Positions 1 to 15,000 of a stretch of 64,000 nucleotides of DNA are shown piece by piece (position 1 is the first letter of the stretch; each line of letters starts with the position of its first letter). The DNA comes from Eledone cirrhosa. Its lineage: Eukaryota. Below the pieces are notes generated by a model. It worked only from the letters and a program-made list of their open reading frames with translations, searched no databases and had not been told where the DNA came from. The position numbers were made by a program, and so were the translations under genes. The stretch covers positions 24,180,001 to 24,244,000 of the forward strand of contig OZ024763.1 of NCBI GenBank assembly GCA_964016885.1. Reading direction: 5' to 3'.

Positions 1-3000
1 CTTTCTCTTCCGATCATCTCTCTCCTTCTCTCTATATATTATATAGTCTTTCTCTTCCGATCAACTCTCTCACCCTCTCTCTATATTATATAGTCTTTCT
101 CTTCCGAACAACTCTCTCCCACTCTCTCTATATTATATAGTCTTTCTCTTCCGATCAATACTCTCCCTCTCTCTATATATTATATAGTCTTTCTCTTCCG
201 ATCAACACTCTCCCTCTCTCTCTATATTATATAGTCTTTCTCTTCCGATTAACTCTCTCCCTCTCTCTATATATTATATAGTCTTTCTCTTCCGATCAAC
301 ACTTTCCCACTCTCCCTATATATTATATAGTCTTTCTCTTCCGATCAACTAACTCCCCCTAACTCTATATTATATAGTCTTTCTCTTCCGATCAACTCTC
401 TCCCTCTCTCTATATATTATATAGTCTTTCTCTTCCGATCAACTCTCTCCCCCTCTCTATATATTATATAGTCTTTCTCTTCCGAACAACTCACTCCCCC
501 TCTCTATATATTATATAGTCTTTCTCTTCCGATCAACACTCTCCCTCTCTCTATATATTATATAGTCTTTCTCTTCCGATCAACACTCTCCCTCTCTCTA
601 TATATATTATATAGTCTTTCTCTTCCGATCAACACTCTCCCTCTCTCTATATATTATATAGTCTTTCTCTTCCGATCAACACTCTCCCTCTCTCTCTCTA
701 TTATAGTCTTTCTCTTCCGATCAACTCTCTCCGCCTCTCTCTATATTATATAGTCTTTCTCTTCCGATCAACTAACTCCCTCTCTCTCTATATATTATAT
801 AGTCTTTCTCTTCCTATCAACTCTCTCCCCCTCTCTCTATATTATATAGACTTTCGCTTCCGAACAACTCACACCCCCTCTCTATATATTATATAGTCTT
901 TCTCTTCCGATCAACACTCTCCTCCTCTCTCTATATTATACAGTCTTTCTCTTCCGATCAACACTATCCCTCACTCTCTATATTATATAGTCTTTCTCTT
1001 CCGATCAACACTCTCCCCCTCTCTCTATATTATATAGTCTTTCTCTTCCGATCAACACTATCCCCCTCTCTCTATATTATATAGTCTTTCTCTTCCGATC
1101 AACACTCTCCCCCTCTCTCTATATTATATAGTATTTCTCTTCCGATCAACACTCTCACTCTCTCTCTATATTATATAGTCTTTCTCTTACGATTAACTCT
1201 CTCCCTCTCTCTATATATTATATAGTCTTTCTCTTCCGATCAACACTCTCCCTCTCTCTATATATATTATATAGTCTTTCTCTTCCGATCAACACTCTCC
1301 CTCTCTCTATATATTAATAGTCTTTCTCTTCCGATCAACACTCTCCCTCTCTCTCTATATTACAGTCTTTCTCTTCCGATCAACTCTCTCCGCCTCTCTC
1401 TATATTATATAGTCTTTCTCTTCCGATCAAATCTCTCCCCCTCTCTCTATATTATATAATCTTTCTCTTCCGAACAACTCACACCCCCTCTCTATATATT
1501 ATATAGTCTTTCTCTTCCGATCAACACTCTCCCCCTCTCTCTCTATTATATAGTCTTTCTCTTCCGATCAACACTCTCCCCCTCTCTATATATTATATAG
1601 TCTTTCTCTTCCGATCAACACTATCCCCCTCTCTCTATATTATATAGTCTTTCTCTTCCGATCAACACTCTCCCCCTCTCTCTATATTATATAGTATTTC
1701 TCTTCCGATCAACACTCTCCCCCTCTCTCTATATTATATAGTCTTTCTCTTCCGATCAACTCTCTCCCCCTCTCTCTATATTATATAGTCTTTCTCTTCC
1801 GTTCATCTAACTCCCCCTCTTTCTATATTATATAGTCTTTCTCTTCCGATCAACTAACTCCCCCTCTCTATATATTATATAGTCTTTCTCCTCCAATCAA
1901 CTCACTCCCCCTCTCTATATATTATATAGTCTTTCTCTTCCGATCAACACTCTCCCTCTCTCTATATATTATATAGTCTTTCTCTTCCGATCAACTCTCT
2001 CCCCCTCTCTCTATATTATATAGTCTTCCTCTTCCGATCAACATCCTCCCTCTCTCTCTATATTATATAGTCTTTCTCTTCCGATCAACTAACTCCCCCT
2101 CTCTATATATTATATAGTCTTTCTCTTCCGATCAACTAACTCCCCCTCTCTATATATTATATAGTCTTTCTCTTCCGATCAACTAACTCCCCCTCTCTAT
2201 ATATTATATAGTCTTTCTCCTCCAATCAACTCACTCCCCCTCTCTATATATTATATAGTCTTTCTCTTCCGATCAACACTCTCCCTCTCTCTATATATTA
2301 TATAGTCTTTCTCTTCCGATCAACTCTCTCCCCCTCTCTCTATATTATATAGTCTTCCTCTTCCGATCAACATCCTCCCTCTCTCTCTATATTATATAGT
2401 CTTTCTCTTCCGAACAACTCACTACCCCTCTCTCTATATTATATAGTCTTTCTCTTCCGATCAACACTCTCTCACTCTCTCTATATATTATATAGTCTTT
2501 CTCTTCCGATCAACACTCTCCCACTCTCTCTATATTATATAGTCTTTCTCTTCCGATCAACATCCTTCCTCTCTCTCTATATTATATAGTCTTTCTCTTC
2601 CGAACAACTAACTCCCCCTCTCTATATATTATATAGTCTTTCTCTTCCGATCAACACTCTCCCTCTCTCTATATATTATATAGTCTTTCTCTTCCGATCA
2701 ACTAACTCCCCCTCTCTCTATATTATATAGTCTTTCCCTTCCGATCAACTAACTCCCCCTCTCTATATATTATATAGTCTTTCTCTTCCGATCAACTCTC
2801 TCCCCCTCTCTCTATATTATATAGTCTTTCTCTTCCGATCAACTAACTCCCCCTCTCTCTATATTATATAGTCTTTCTCCTCCGATCAACTCTCTCCCTC
2901 TCTCTCTATATTATATAGTCTTTCTCTTCCGAACAACTTACTCCACCTCTCTATATATTATATAGTCTTTCTCTTCCGATCAACACTCTCCCTCTCTCTC

Positions 3001-6000
3001 TATATTATATAGTCTTTCCCTTCCGATCAACATCCTCCCTCTCTCTCTATATTATATAGTCTTTCTCTTCCGAACAACTAACTCCCCCTCTCTCTATATT
3101 ATATAGTCTTCCTCTTCCGATCAACATCCTCCCTCTCTATATATTATATAGTCTTTATCTTCCGAACAACTCACTCCCCCTCTCTCTATATTATATAGTC
3201 TTTCTCTTCCGATCAACACTCTCCCTCTCTCTATATATTATATAGTCTTTCTCTTCCGATCAACACTTCCCCTCTCTCTATATATTATATAGTCTTTCTC
3301 TTCCGATCAACTCTCTCCCCCTCTCACTATATTATATAGTCTTCCTCTTCCGATCAACATCCTCCCTCTCTCTCTATATTATATAGTCTTTCTCTTCCGA
3401 ACAACTCACTCCCCCTCTCTATATATTATATAGTCTTTCTCTTCCGAACAACTCACTCCCCCTCTCTCTATATTATATAGTCTTTCTCTTCCGATCAACT
3501 AACTCCCCCTCTCTCTATATTATATAGTCTTTCTCTTCCGATCAACTAAATCCCCCTCTCTATATATTATATAGTCTTTCTCTACCGATCAACACTCTCC
3601 CTCTCTCTCTATATTATATAGTCTTTCTCTTCCGATCAACTAACTCTCCCTCTCTCTATATTATATAGTCTTTCCCTTCCGATCAACTAACTCCCCCTCT
3701 CTCTATATTATATAGTCTTTCTCCTCCGATCAACTCTCTCCCTCTCTCTCTATATTATATAGTCTTTCTCTTCCGATCAACACTCTCCCTCTCTCTATAT
3801 ATTAATAGTCTTTCTCTTCCGATCAACACTCTCCCTCTCTCTCTATATTATAGTCTTTCTCTTCCGATCAACTCTCTCCGCCTCTCTCTATATTATATAG
3901 TCTTTCTCTTCCGATCAAATCTCTCCCCCTCTCTCTATATTATATAATCTTTCTCTTCCGAACAACTCACACCCCCTCTCTATATATTATATAGTCTTTC
4001 TCTTCCGATCAACACTCTCCCCCTCTCTCTCTATTATATAGTCTTTCTCTTCCGATCAACACTCTCCCCCTCTCTCTATATTATATAGTCTTTCTCTTCC
4101 GATCAACACTATCCCCCTCTCTCTATATTATATAGTCTTTCTCTTCCGATCAACACTCTCCCCCTCTCTCTATATTATATAGTATTTCTCTTCCGATCAA
4201 CACTCTCCCCCTCTCTATATATTATATAGTCTTTCTCTTCCGTTCATCTAACTCCCCCTCTTTCTATATTATATAGTCTTTCTCTTCCGATCAACTAACT
4301 CCCCCTCTCTATATATTATATAGTCTTTCTCCTCCAATCAACTCACTCCCCCTCTCTATATATTATATAGTCTTTCTCTTCCGATCAACTCTCTCCCCCT
4401 CTCTCTATATTATATAGTCTTCCTCTTCCGATCAACATCCTCCCTCTCTCTCTATATTATATAGTCTTTCTCTTCCGATCAACTAACTCCCCCTCTCTAT
4501 ATATTATATAGTCTTTCTCTTCCGATCAACTAACTCCCCCTCTCTATATATTATATAGTCTTTCTCTTCCGATCAACTAACTCCCCCTCTCTATATATTA
4601 TATAGTCTTTCTCCTCCAATCAACTCACTCCCCCTCTCTATATATTATATAGTCTTTCTCTTCCGATCAACACTCTCCCTCTCTCTATATATTATATAGT
4701 CTTTCTCTTCCGATCAACTCTCTCCCCCTCTCTCTATATTATATAGTCTTCCTCTTCCGATCAACATCCTCCCTCTCTCTCTATATTATATAGTCTTTCT
4801 CTTCCGAACAACTCACTACCCCTCTCTCTATATTATATAGTCTTTCTCTTCCGATCAACACTCTCTCACTCTCTCTATATATTATATAGTCTTTCTCTTC
4901 CGATCAACACTCTCCCACTCTCTCTATATTATATAGTCTTTCTCTTCCGATCAACATCCTTCCTCTCTCTCTATATTATATAGTCTTTCTCTTCCGAACA
5001 ACTAACTCCCCCTCTCTATATATTATATAGTCTTTCTCTTCCGATCAACACTCTCCCTCTCTCTATATATTATATAGTCTTTCTCTTCCGATCAACTAAC
5101 TCCCCCTCTCTCTATATTATATAGTCTTTCCCTTCCGATCAACTAACTCCCCCTCTCTATATATTATATAGTCTTTCTCTTCCGATCAACTCTCTCCCCC
5201 TCTCTCTATATTATATAGTCTTTCTCTTCCGATCAACTAACTCCCCCTCTCTCTATATTATATAGTCTTTCTCTTCCGATCAACTAAATCCCCCTCTCTA
5301 TATATTATATAGTCTTTCTCTACCGATCAACACTCTCCCTCTCTCTCTATATTATATAGTCTTTCTCTTCCGATCAACTAACTCCCCCTCTCTCTATATT
5401 ATATAGTCTTTCCCTTCCGATCAACTAACTCCCCCTCTCTCTATATTATATAGTCTTTCTCCTCCGATCAACTCTCTCCCTCTCTCTCTATATTATATAG
5501 TCTTTCTCTTCCGAACAACTCACTCCCCCTCTCTATATATTATATAGTCTTTCTCTTCCGATCAACACTCTCCCTCTCTCTCTATATTATATAGTCTTTC
5601 CCTTCCGATCAACATCCTCCCTCTCTCTCTATATTATATAGTCTTTCTCTTCCGAACAACTCACTCCCCCTCTCTCTATATTATATAGTCTTTCTCTTCC
5701 GATCAACACTCTCCCCCTCTCTCTATATTATATAGTCTTTCTCTTCCGAACAACTCACACCCCCTCTCTATATATTATATAGTCTTTCTCTTCCGATCAA
5801 CACTCTCCCCCTCTCTCTATATTATATAGTCTTTCTCTTCCGATCAACACTCTCCCCCTCTCTCTATATTATATAGTCTTTCTCTTCCGATCAACACTAT
5901 CACCCTCTCTCTATATTATATAGTCTTTCTCTTCCGATCAACACTCTCCCCCTCTCTCTATATTATATAGTATTTCTCTTCCGATCAACACTCTCCCCCT

Positions 6001-9000
6001 CTCTCTATATTATATAGTCTTTCTCTTCCGATCAACACTTCCCCCTCTCTCTATATTATATAGTCTTTCTCTTCCGATCATCTAACTCCCCCTCTTTCTA
6101 TATTATAAAGTCTTTCTCTTCCGATCAACTAACTCCCCCTCTCTATATATTATATAGTCTTTCTCCTCCAATCAACTCACTCCCCCTCTCTATATATTAT
6201 ATAGTCTTTCTCTTCCGATCAACACTCTCCCTCTCTCTATATATTATATAGTCTTTCTCTTCCGATCAACTCTCTCCCCCTCTCTCTATATTATATAGTC
6301 TTCCTCTTCCGATCAACATCCTCCCTCTGTCTCTATATTATATAGTCTTTCTCTTCCGAACAACTCACTACCCCTCTCTCTATATTATATAGTCTTTCTC
6401 TTCCGATCAACACTCTCCCACTCTCTCTATATATTATATAGTCTTTCTCTTCCGATCAACACTCTCCCACTCTCTCTATATTATATAGTCTTTCTCTTCC
6501 GATCAACTAACTCCCCCTCTCTATATATTATATAGTCTTTCTCTTCCGATCAACTCTCTCCCTCTCTCTCTATATTATATAGTCTTTCTCTTCCGAACAA
6601 CTTACTCCACCTCTCTATATATTATATAGTCTTTCTCTTCCGATCAACACTCTCCCTCTCTCTCTATATTATATAGTCTTTCCCTTCCGATCAACATCCT
6701 TCCTCTCTCTCTATATTATATAGTCTTTCTCTTCCGAACAACTAACTCCCCCTCTCTCTATATTACATAGTCTTCCTCTTCCGATCAACATCCTCCCTCT
6801 CTATATATTATATAGTCTTTCTCTTCCGAACAACTCACTCCCCCTCTCTCTATATTATATAGTCTTTCTCTTCCGATCAACACTCTCCCTCTCTCTATAT
6901 TATATAGTCTTTCTCTTCCGATCAACACTTCCCCTCTCTCTATATATTATATAGTCTTTCTCTTCCGATCAACTCTCTCCCCCTCTCACTATATTATATA
7001 GTCTTCCTCTTCCGATCAACATCCTCCCTCTCTCTCTATATTATATAGTCTTTCTCTTCCGAACAACTCACTCCCCCTCTCTATATATTATATAGTCTTT
7101 CTCTTCCGAACAACTCACTCCCCCTCTCTCTATATTATATAGTCTTTCTCTTCCGATCAACTAACTCCCCCTCTCTCTATATTATATAGTCTTTCTCTTC
7201 CGATCAACTAAATCCCCCTCTCTATATATTATATAGTCTTTCTCTACCGATCAACACTCTCCCTCTCTCTCTATATTATATAGTCTTTCTCTTCCGATCA
7301 ACTAACTCCCCCTCTCTCTATATTATATAGTCTTTCCCTTCCGATCAACTAACTCCCCCTCTCTCTATATTATATAGTCTTTCTCCACCGATCAACTCTC
7401 TCCCTCTCTCTCTATATTATATAGTCTTTCTCTTCCGAACAACTCACTCCCCCTCTCTATATATTATATAGTATTTCTCTTCCGATCAACACTCTCCCTC
7501 TCTCTCTATATTATATAGTCTTTCCCTTCCGATCAACATCCTCCCTCTCTCTCTATATTATATAGTCTTTCTCTTCCGAACAACTAACTCCCCCTCTCTC
7601 TATATTATATAGTCTTCCTCTTCCGATCAACATCCTCCCTCTCTATATATTATATAGTCTTTCTCTTCCGAACAACTCACTCCCCCTCTCTCTATATTAT
7701 ATAGTCTTTCTCTTCCGATCAACTCTCTCCCCCTCTCTCTATATTATATAGTCTTTCTCTTCCGAACAACTCACACCCCCTCTCTATATATTATATAGTC
7801 TTTCTCTTCCGATCAACACTCTCCCCCTCTCTCTATATTATATAGTCTTTCTCTTCCGATCAACACTCTCCCCCTCTCTCTATATTATATAGTCTTTCTC
7901 TTCCGATCAACACTATCACCCTCTCTCTATATTATATAGTCTTTCTCTTCCGATCAACACTCTCCCCCTCTCTCTATATTATATAGTATTTCTCTTCCGA
8001 TCAACACTCTCCCCCTCTCTCTATATTATATAGTCTTTCTCTTCCGATCAACACTTCCCCCTCTCTCTATATTATATAGTCTTTCTCTTCCGATCAACTC
8101 TCTCCCCCTCTCTCTATATTATATAGTCTTTCTCTTCCGATCATCTAACTCCCCCTCTTTCTATATTATAAAGTCTTTCTCTTCCGATCAACTAACTCCC
8201 CCTCTCTATATATTATATAGTCTTTCTCCTCCAATCAACTCACTCCCCCTCTCTATATATTATATAGTCTTTCTCTTCCGATCAACACTCTCCCTCTCTC
8301 TATATATTATATAGTCTTTCTCTTCCGATCAACTCTCTCCCCCTCTCTCTATATTATATAGTCTTCCTCTTCCGATCAACATCCTCCCTCTGTCTCTATA
8401 TTATATAGTCTTTCTCTTCCGAACAACTCACTACCCCTCTCTCTATATTATATAGTCTTTCTCTTCCGATCAACACTCTCCAACTCTCTCTATATATTAT
8501 ATAGTCTTTCTCTTCCGATCAACACTCTCCCACTCTCTCTATATTATATAGTCTTTCTCTTCCGATCAACTAACTCCCCCTCTCTATATATTATATAATC
8601 TTTCTCTTCCGATCAACTAACTCCCCCTCTCTATATATTATATAGTCTTTCTCTTCCGATCAACATCCTCCCTCTCTCTCTATATTATATAGTCTTTCTC
8701 TTCCGAACAACTCACTCCCCCTCTCTCTATATTATATAGTCTTTCTCTTCCGATAAACTAACTCCCCCTCTCTCTATATTATATAGTCTTTCTCTTCCGA
8801 TCAACTAACTCCCCCTCTCTATATATTATATAGTCTTTCTCTACCGATCAACACTCTCTCCCTCTCTCTATATTATATAGTCTTTCTCTTCCGATCAACT
8901 AACTCCCCCTCTCTCTATATTATATAGTCTTTCCCTTCCGATCAACTAACTCCCCCTCTCTATATATTATATAGTCTTTCTCTTCCGATCAACTCTCTCC

Positions 9001-12000
9001 CCCTCTTTCTATATTATATAGTCTTTCTCTTCCGATCAACTAACTCCCCCTCTCTCTATATTATATAGTCTTTCCCTTCCGATCAACATCCTCCCTCTCT
9101 CTCTATATTATATAGTCATTCTCTTCCGAACAACTAACTCCCCCTCTCTCTATATTATATAGTCTTCCTCTTCCGATCAACATCCTCCCTCTCTATATAT
9201 TATATAGTCTTTCTCTTCCGAACAACTAACTCCCCCTCTCTCTATATTATATAGTCTTCCTCTTCCGATCAACATCCTCCCTCTCTCTCTATATTATATA
9301 GTCTTTCTCTTCCGAACAACTCACCCCCCCTCTCTATATATTATATAGTCTTTCTCTTCCGATCAACACTCCCCCTCTCTCTATATATTATATAGTCTTT
9401 CTATTCCGATCAACACTCTCCCACTCTCTCTATATTATATAGTCTTTCTCTTCCGAACAACTCACTACCCCTCTCTATATATTATATAGTCTTTCTCTTC
9501 CGATCAACTCTTTCCCCCTCTCTCTATATTATATATTCTTTTTCTTCCGATCAAGTAACTCCCCCTCTCTATATATTAAATAGTCTTTCTATTCCGATCA
9601 ACACTCTCCCACTCTCTCTATATATTATATAGTCTTTCTCTTCATATCAACTCTCTTCTCCTCTCTCTATATTATATAGTCTTTCTCTTCCGAACAACTC
9701 TCTCCCACTCTCTCTATATTATATAGTCTTTCTCTTCCGATCAACACTCTCCCTCTCTCTATATATTATATAGTCTTTCTCTACCGATCAACACTCTCAC
9801 TCTCTCTCTATATTATATAGTCTTTCTCTTACGATTAACTCTCTCCCTCTCTCTATATATTATATAGTCTTTCTCTTCCGATCAACACTCTCCCTCTCTC
9901 TATATATATTATATAGTCTTTCTCTTCCGATCAACACTCTCCCTCTCTCTATATATTAATAGTCTTTCTCTTCCGATCAACACTCTCCCTCTCTCTCTAT
10001 ATTATAGTCTTTCTCTTCCGATCAACTCTCTCCGCCTCTCTCTATATTATATAGTCTTTCTCTTCCGATCAAATCTCTCCCCCTCTCTCTATATTATATA
10101 ATCTTTCTCTTCCGAACAACTCACACCCCCTCTCTATATATTATATAGTCTTTCTCTTCCGATCAACACTCTCCCCCTCTCTCTCTATTATATAGTCTTT
10201 CTCTTCCGATCAACACTCTCCCCCTCTCTATATATTATATAGTCTTTCTCTTCCGATCAACACTATCCCCCTCTCTCTATATTATATAGTCTTTCTCTTC
10301 CGATCAACACTCTCCCCCTCTCTCTATATTATATAGTATTTCTCTTCCGATCAACACTCTCCCCCTCTCTCTATATTATATAGTCTTTCTCTTCCGATCA
10401 ACTCTCTCCCCCTCTCTCTATATTATATAGTCTTTCTCTTCCGTTCATCTAACTCCCCCTCTTTCTATATTATATAGTCTTTCTCTTCCGATCAACTAAC
10501 TCCCCCTCTCTATATATTATATAGTCTTTCTCCTCCAATCAACTCACTCCCCCTCTCTATATATTATATAGTCTTTCTCTTCCGATCAACACTCTCCCTC
10601 TCTCTATATATTATATAGTCTTTCTCTTCCGATCAACTCTCTCCCCCTCTCTCTATATTATATAGTCTTCCTCTTCCGATCAACATCCTCCCTCTCTCTC
10701 TATATTATATAGTCTTTCTCTTCCGATCAACTAACTCCCCCTCTCTATATATTATATAGTCTTTCTCTTCCGATCAACTAACTCCCCCTCTCTATATATT
10801 ATATAGTCTTTCTCTTCCGATCAACTAACTCCCCCTCTCTATATATTATATAGTCTTTCTCCTCCAATCAACTCACTCCCCCTCTCTATATATTATATAG
10901 TCTTTCTCTTCCGATCAACACTCTCCCTCTCTCTATATATTATATAGTCTTTCTCTTCCGATCAACTCTCTCCCCCTCTCTCTATATTATATAGTCTTCC
11001 TCTTCCGATCAACATCCTCCCTCTCTCTCTATATTATATAGTCTTTCTCTTCCGAACAACTCACTACCCCTCTCTCTATATTATATAGTCTTTCTCTTCC
11101 GATCAACACTCTCTCACTCTCTCTATATATTATATAGTCTTTCTCTTCCGATCAACACTCTCCCACTCTCTCTATATTATATAGTCTTTCTCTTCCGATC
11201 AACATCCTTCCTCTCTCTCTATATTATATAGTCTTTCTCTTCCGAACAACTAACTCCCCCTCTCTATATATTATATAGTCTTTCTCTTCCGATCAACACT
11301 CTCCCTCTCTCTATATATTATATAGTCTTTCTCTTCCGATCAACTAACTCCCCCTCTCTCTATATTATATAGTCTTTCCCTTCCGATCAACTAACTCCCC
11401 CTCTCTATATATTATATAGTCTTTCTCTTCCGATCAACTCTCTCCCCCTCTCTCTATATTATATAGTCTTTCTCTTCCGATCAACTAACTCCCCCTCTCT
11501 CTATATTATATAGTCTTTCTCCTCCGATCAACTCTCTCCCTCTCTCTCTATATTATATAGTCTTTCTCTTCCGAACAACTTACTCCACCTCTCTATATAT
11601 TATATAGTCTTTCTCTTCCGATCAACACTCTCCCTCTCTCTCTATATTATATAGTCTTTCCCTTCCGATCAACATCCTCCCTCTCTCTCTATATTATATA
11701 GTCTTTCTCTTCCGAACAACTAACTCCCCCTCTCTCTATATTACATAGTCTTCCTCTTCCGATCAACATCCTCCCTCTCTATATATTATATAGTCTTTAT
11801 CTTCCGAACAACTCACTCCCCCTCTCTCTATATTATATAGTCTTTCTCTTCCGATCAACACTCTCCCTCTCTCTATATATTATATAGTCTTTCTCTTCCG
11901 ATCAACACTTCCCCTCTCTCTATATATTATATAGCATTTCTCTTCCGATCAACTCTCTCCCCTCTCACTATATTATATAGTCTTCCTCTTCCGATCAACA

Positions 12001-15000
12001 TCCTCCCTCTCTCTCTATATTATATAGTCTTTCTCTTCCGAACAACTCACTCCCCCTCTCTATATATTATATAGTCTTTCTCTTCCGAACAACTCACTCC
12101 CCCTCTCTCTATATTATATAGTCTTTCTCTTCCGATCAACTAACTCCCCCTCTCTCTATATTATATAGTCTTTCTCTTCCGATCAACTAAATCCCCCTCT
12201 CTATATATTATATAGTCTTTCTCTACCGATCAACACTCTCCCTCTCTCTCTATATTATATAGTCTTTCTCTTCCGATCAACTAACTCTCCCTCTCTCTAT
12301 ATTATATAGTCTTTCCCTTCCGATCAACTAACTCCCCCTCTCTCTATATTATATAGTCTTTCTCCTCCGATCAACTCTCTCCCTCTCTCTCTATATTATA
12401 TAGTCTTTCTCTTCCGATCAACACTCTCCCTCTCTCTATATATTAATAGTCTTTCTCTTCCGATCAACACTCTCCCTCTCTCTCTATATTATAGTCTTTC
12501 TCTTCCGATCAACTCTCTCCGCCTCTCTATATATTATATAGTCTTTCTCTTCCGATCAAATCTCTCCCCCTCTCTCTATATTATATAATCTTTCTCTTCC
12601 GAACAACTCACACCCCCTCTCTATATATTATATAGTCTTTCTCTTCCGATCAACACTCTCCCCCTCTCTCTCTATTATATAGTCTTTCTCTTCCGATCAA
12701 CACTCTCCCCCTCTCTCTATATTATATAGTCTTTCTCTTCCGATCAACACTATCCCCCTCTCTCTATATTATATAGTCTTTCTCTTCCGATCAACACTCT
12801 CCCCCTCTCTCTATATTATATAGTATTTCTCTTCCGATCAACACTCTCCCCCTCTCTCTATATTATATAGTCTTTCTCTTCCGATCAACTCTCTCCCCCT
12901 CTCTCTATATTATATAGTCTTTCTCTTCCGTTCATCTAACTCCCCCTCTTTCTATATTATATAGTCTTTCTCTTCCGATCAACTAACTCCCCCTCTCTAT
13001 ATATTATATAGTCTTTCTCCTCCAATCAACTCACTCCCCCTCTCTATATATTATATAGTCTTTCTCTTCCGATCAACTCTCTCCCCCTCTCTCTATATTA
13101 TATAGTCTTCCTCTTCCGATCAACATCCTCCCTCTCTCTCTATATTATATAGTCTTTCTCTTCCGATCAACTAACTCCCCCTCTCTATATATTATATAGT
13201 CTTTCTCTTCCGATCAACTAACTCCCCCTCTCTATATATTATATAGTCTTTCTCTTCCGATCAACTAACTCCCCCTCTCTATATATTATATAGTCTTTCT
13301 CCTCCAATCAACTCACTCCCCCTCTCTATATATTATATAGTCTTTCTCTTCCGATCAACACTCTCCCTCTCTCTATATATTATATAGTCTTTCTCTTCCG
13401 ATCAAACTCTCTCCCCCTCTCTCTATATTATATAGTCTTCCTCTTCCGATCAACATCCTCCCTCTCTCTCTATATTATATAGTCTTTCTCTTCCGAACAA
13501 CTCACTACCCCTCTCTCTATATTATATAGTCTTTCTCTTCCGATCAACACTCTCTCACTCTCTCTATATATTATATAGTCTTTCTCTTCCGATCAACACT
13601 CTCCCACTCTCTCTATATTATATAGTCTTTCTCTTCCGATCAACATCCTTCCTCTCTCTCTATATTATATAGTCTTTCTCTTCCGAACAACTAACTCCCC
13701 CTCTCTATATATTATATAGTCTTTCTCTTCCGATCAACACTCTCCCTCTCTCTATATATTATATAGTCTTTCTCTTCCGATCAACTAACTCCCCCTCTCT
13801 CTATATTATATAGTCTTTCCCTTCCGATCAACTAACTCCCCCTCTCTATATATTATATAGTCTTTCTCTTCCGATCAACTCTCTCCCCCTCTCTCTATAT
13901 TATATAGTCTTTCTCTTCCGATCAACTAACTCCCCCTCTCTCTATATTATATAGTCTTTCTCTTCCGATCAACTAAATCCCCCTCTCTATATATTATATA
14001 GTCTTTCTCTACCGATCAACACTCTCCCTCTCTCTCTATATTATATAGTCTTTCTCTTCCGATCAACTAACTCCCCCTCTCTCTATATTATATAGTCTTT
14101 CCCTTCCGATCAACTAACTCCCCCTCTCTCTATATTATATAGTCTTTCTCCTCCGATCAACTCTCTCCCTCTCTCTCTATATTATATAGTCTTTCTCTTC
14201 CGAACAACTCACTCCCCCTCTCTATATATTATATAGTCTTTCTCTTCCGATCAACACTCTCCCTCTCTCTCTATATTATATAGTCTTTCCCTTCCGATCA
14301 ACATCCTCCCTCTCTCTCTATATTATATAGTCTTTCTCTTCCGAACAACTCACTCCCCCTCTCTCTATATTATATAGTCTTTCTCTTCCGATCAACACTC
14401 TCCCCCTCTCTCTATATTATATAGTCTTTCTCTTCCGAACAACTCACACCCCCTCTCTATATATTATATAGTCTTTCTCTTCCGATCAACACTCTCCCCC
14501 TCTCTCTATATTATATAGTCTTTCTCTTCCGATCAACACTCTCCCCCTCTCTCTATATTATATAGTCTTTCTCTTCCGATCAACACTATCACCCTCTCTC
14601 TATATTATATAGTCTTTCTCTTCCGATCAACACTCTCCCCCTCTCTCTATATTATATAGTATTTCTCTTCCGATCAACACTCTCCCCCTACTCTATATTA
14701 TATAGTCTTTCTCTTCCGATCAACACTTCCCCCTCTCTCTATATTATATAGTCTTTCTCTTCCGATCATCTAACTCCCCCTCTTTCTATATTATAAAGTC
14801 TTTCTCTTCCGATCAACTAACTCCCCCTCTCTATATATTATATAGTCTTTCTCCTCCAATCAACTCACTCCCCCTCTCTATATATTATATAGTCTTTCTC
14901 TTCCGATCAACACTCTCCCTCTCTCTATATATTATATAGTCTTTCTCTTCCGATCAACTCTCTCCCCCTCTCTCTATATTATATAGTCTTCCTCTTCCGA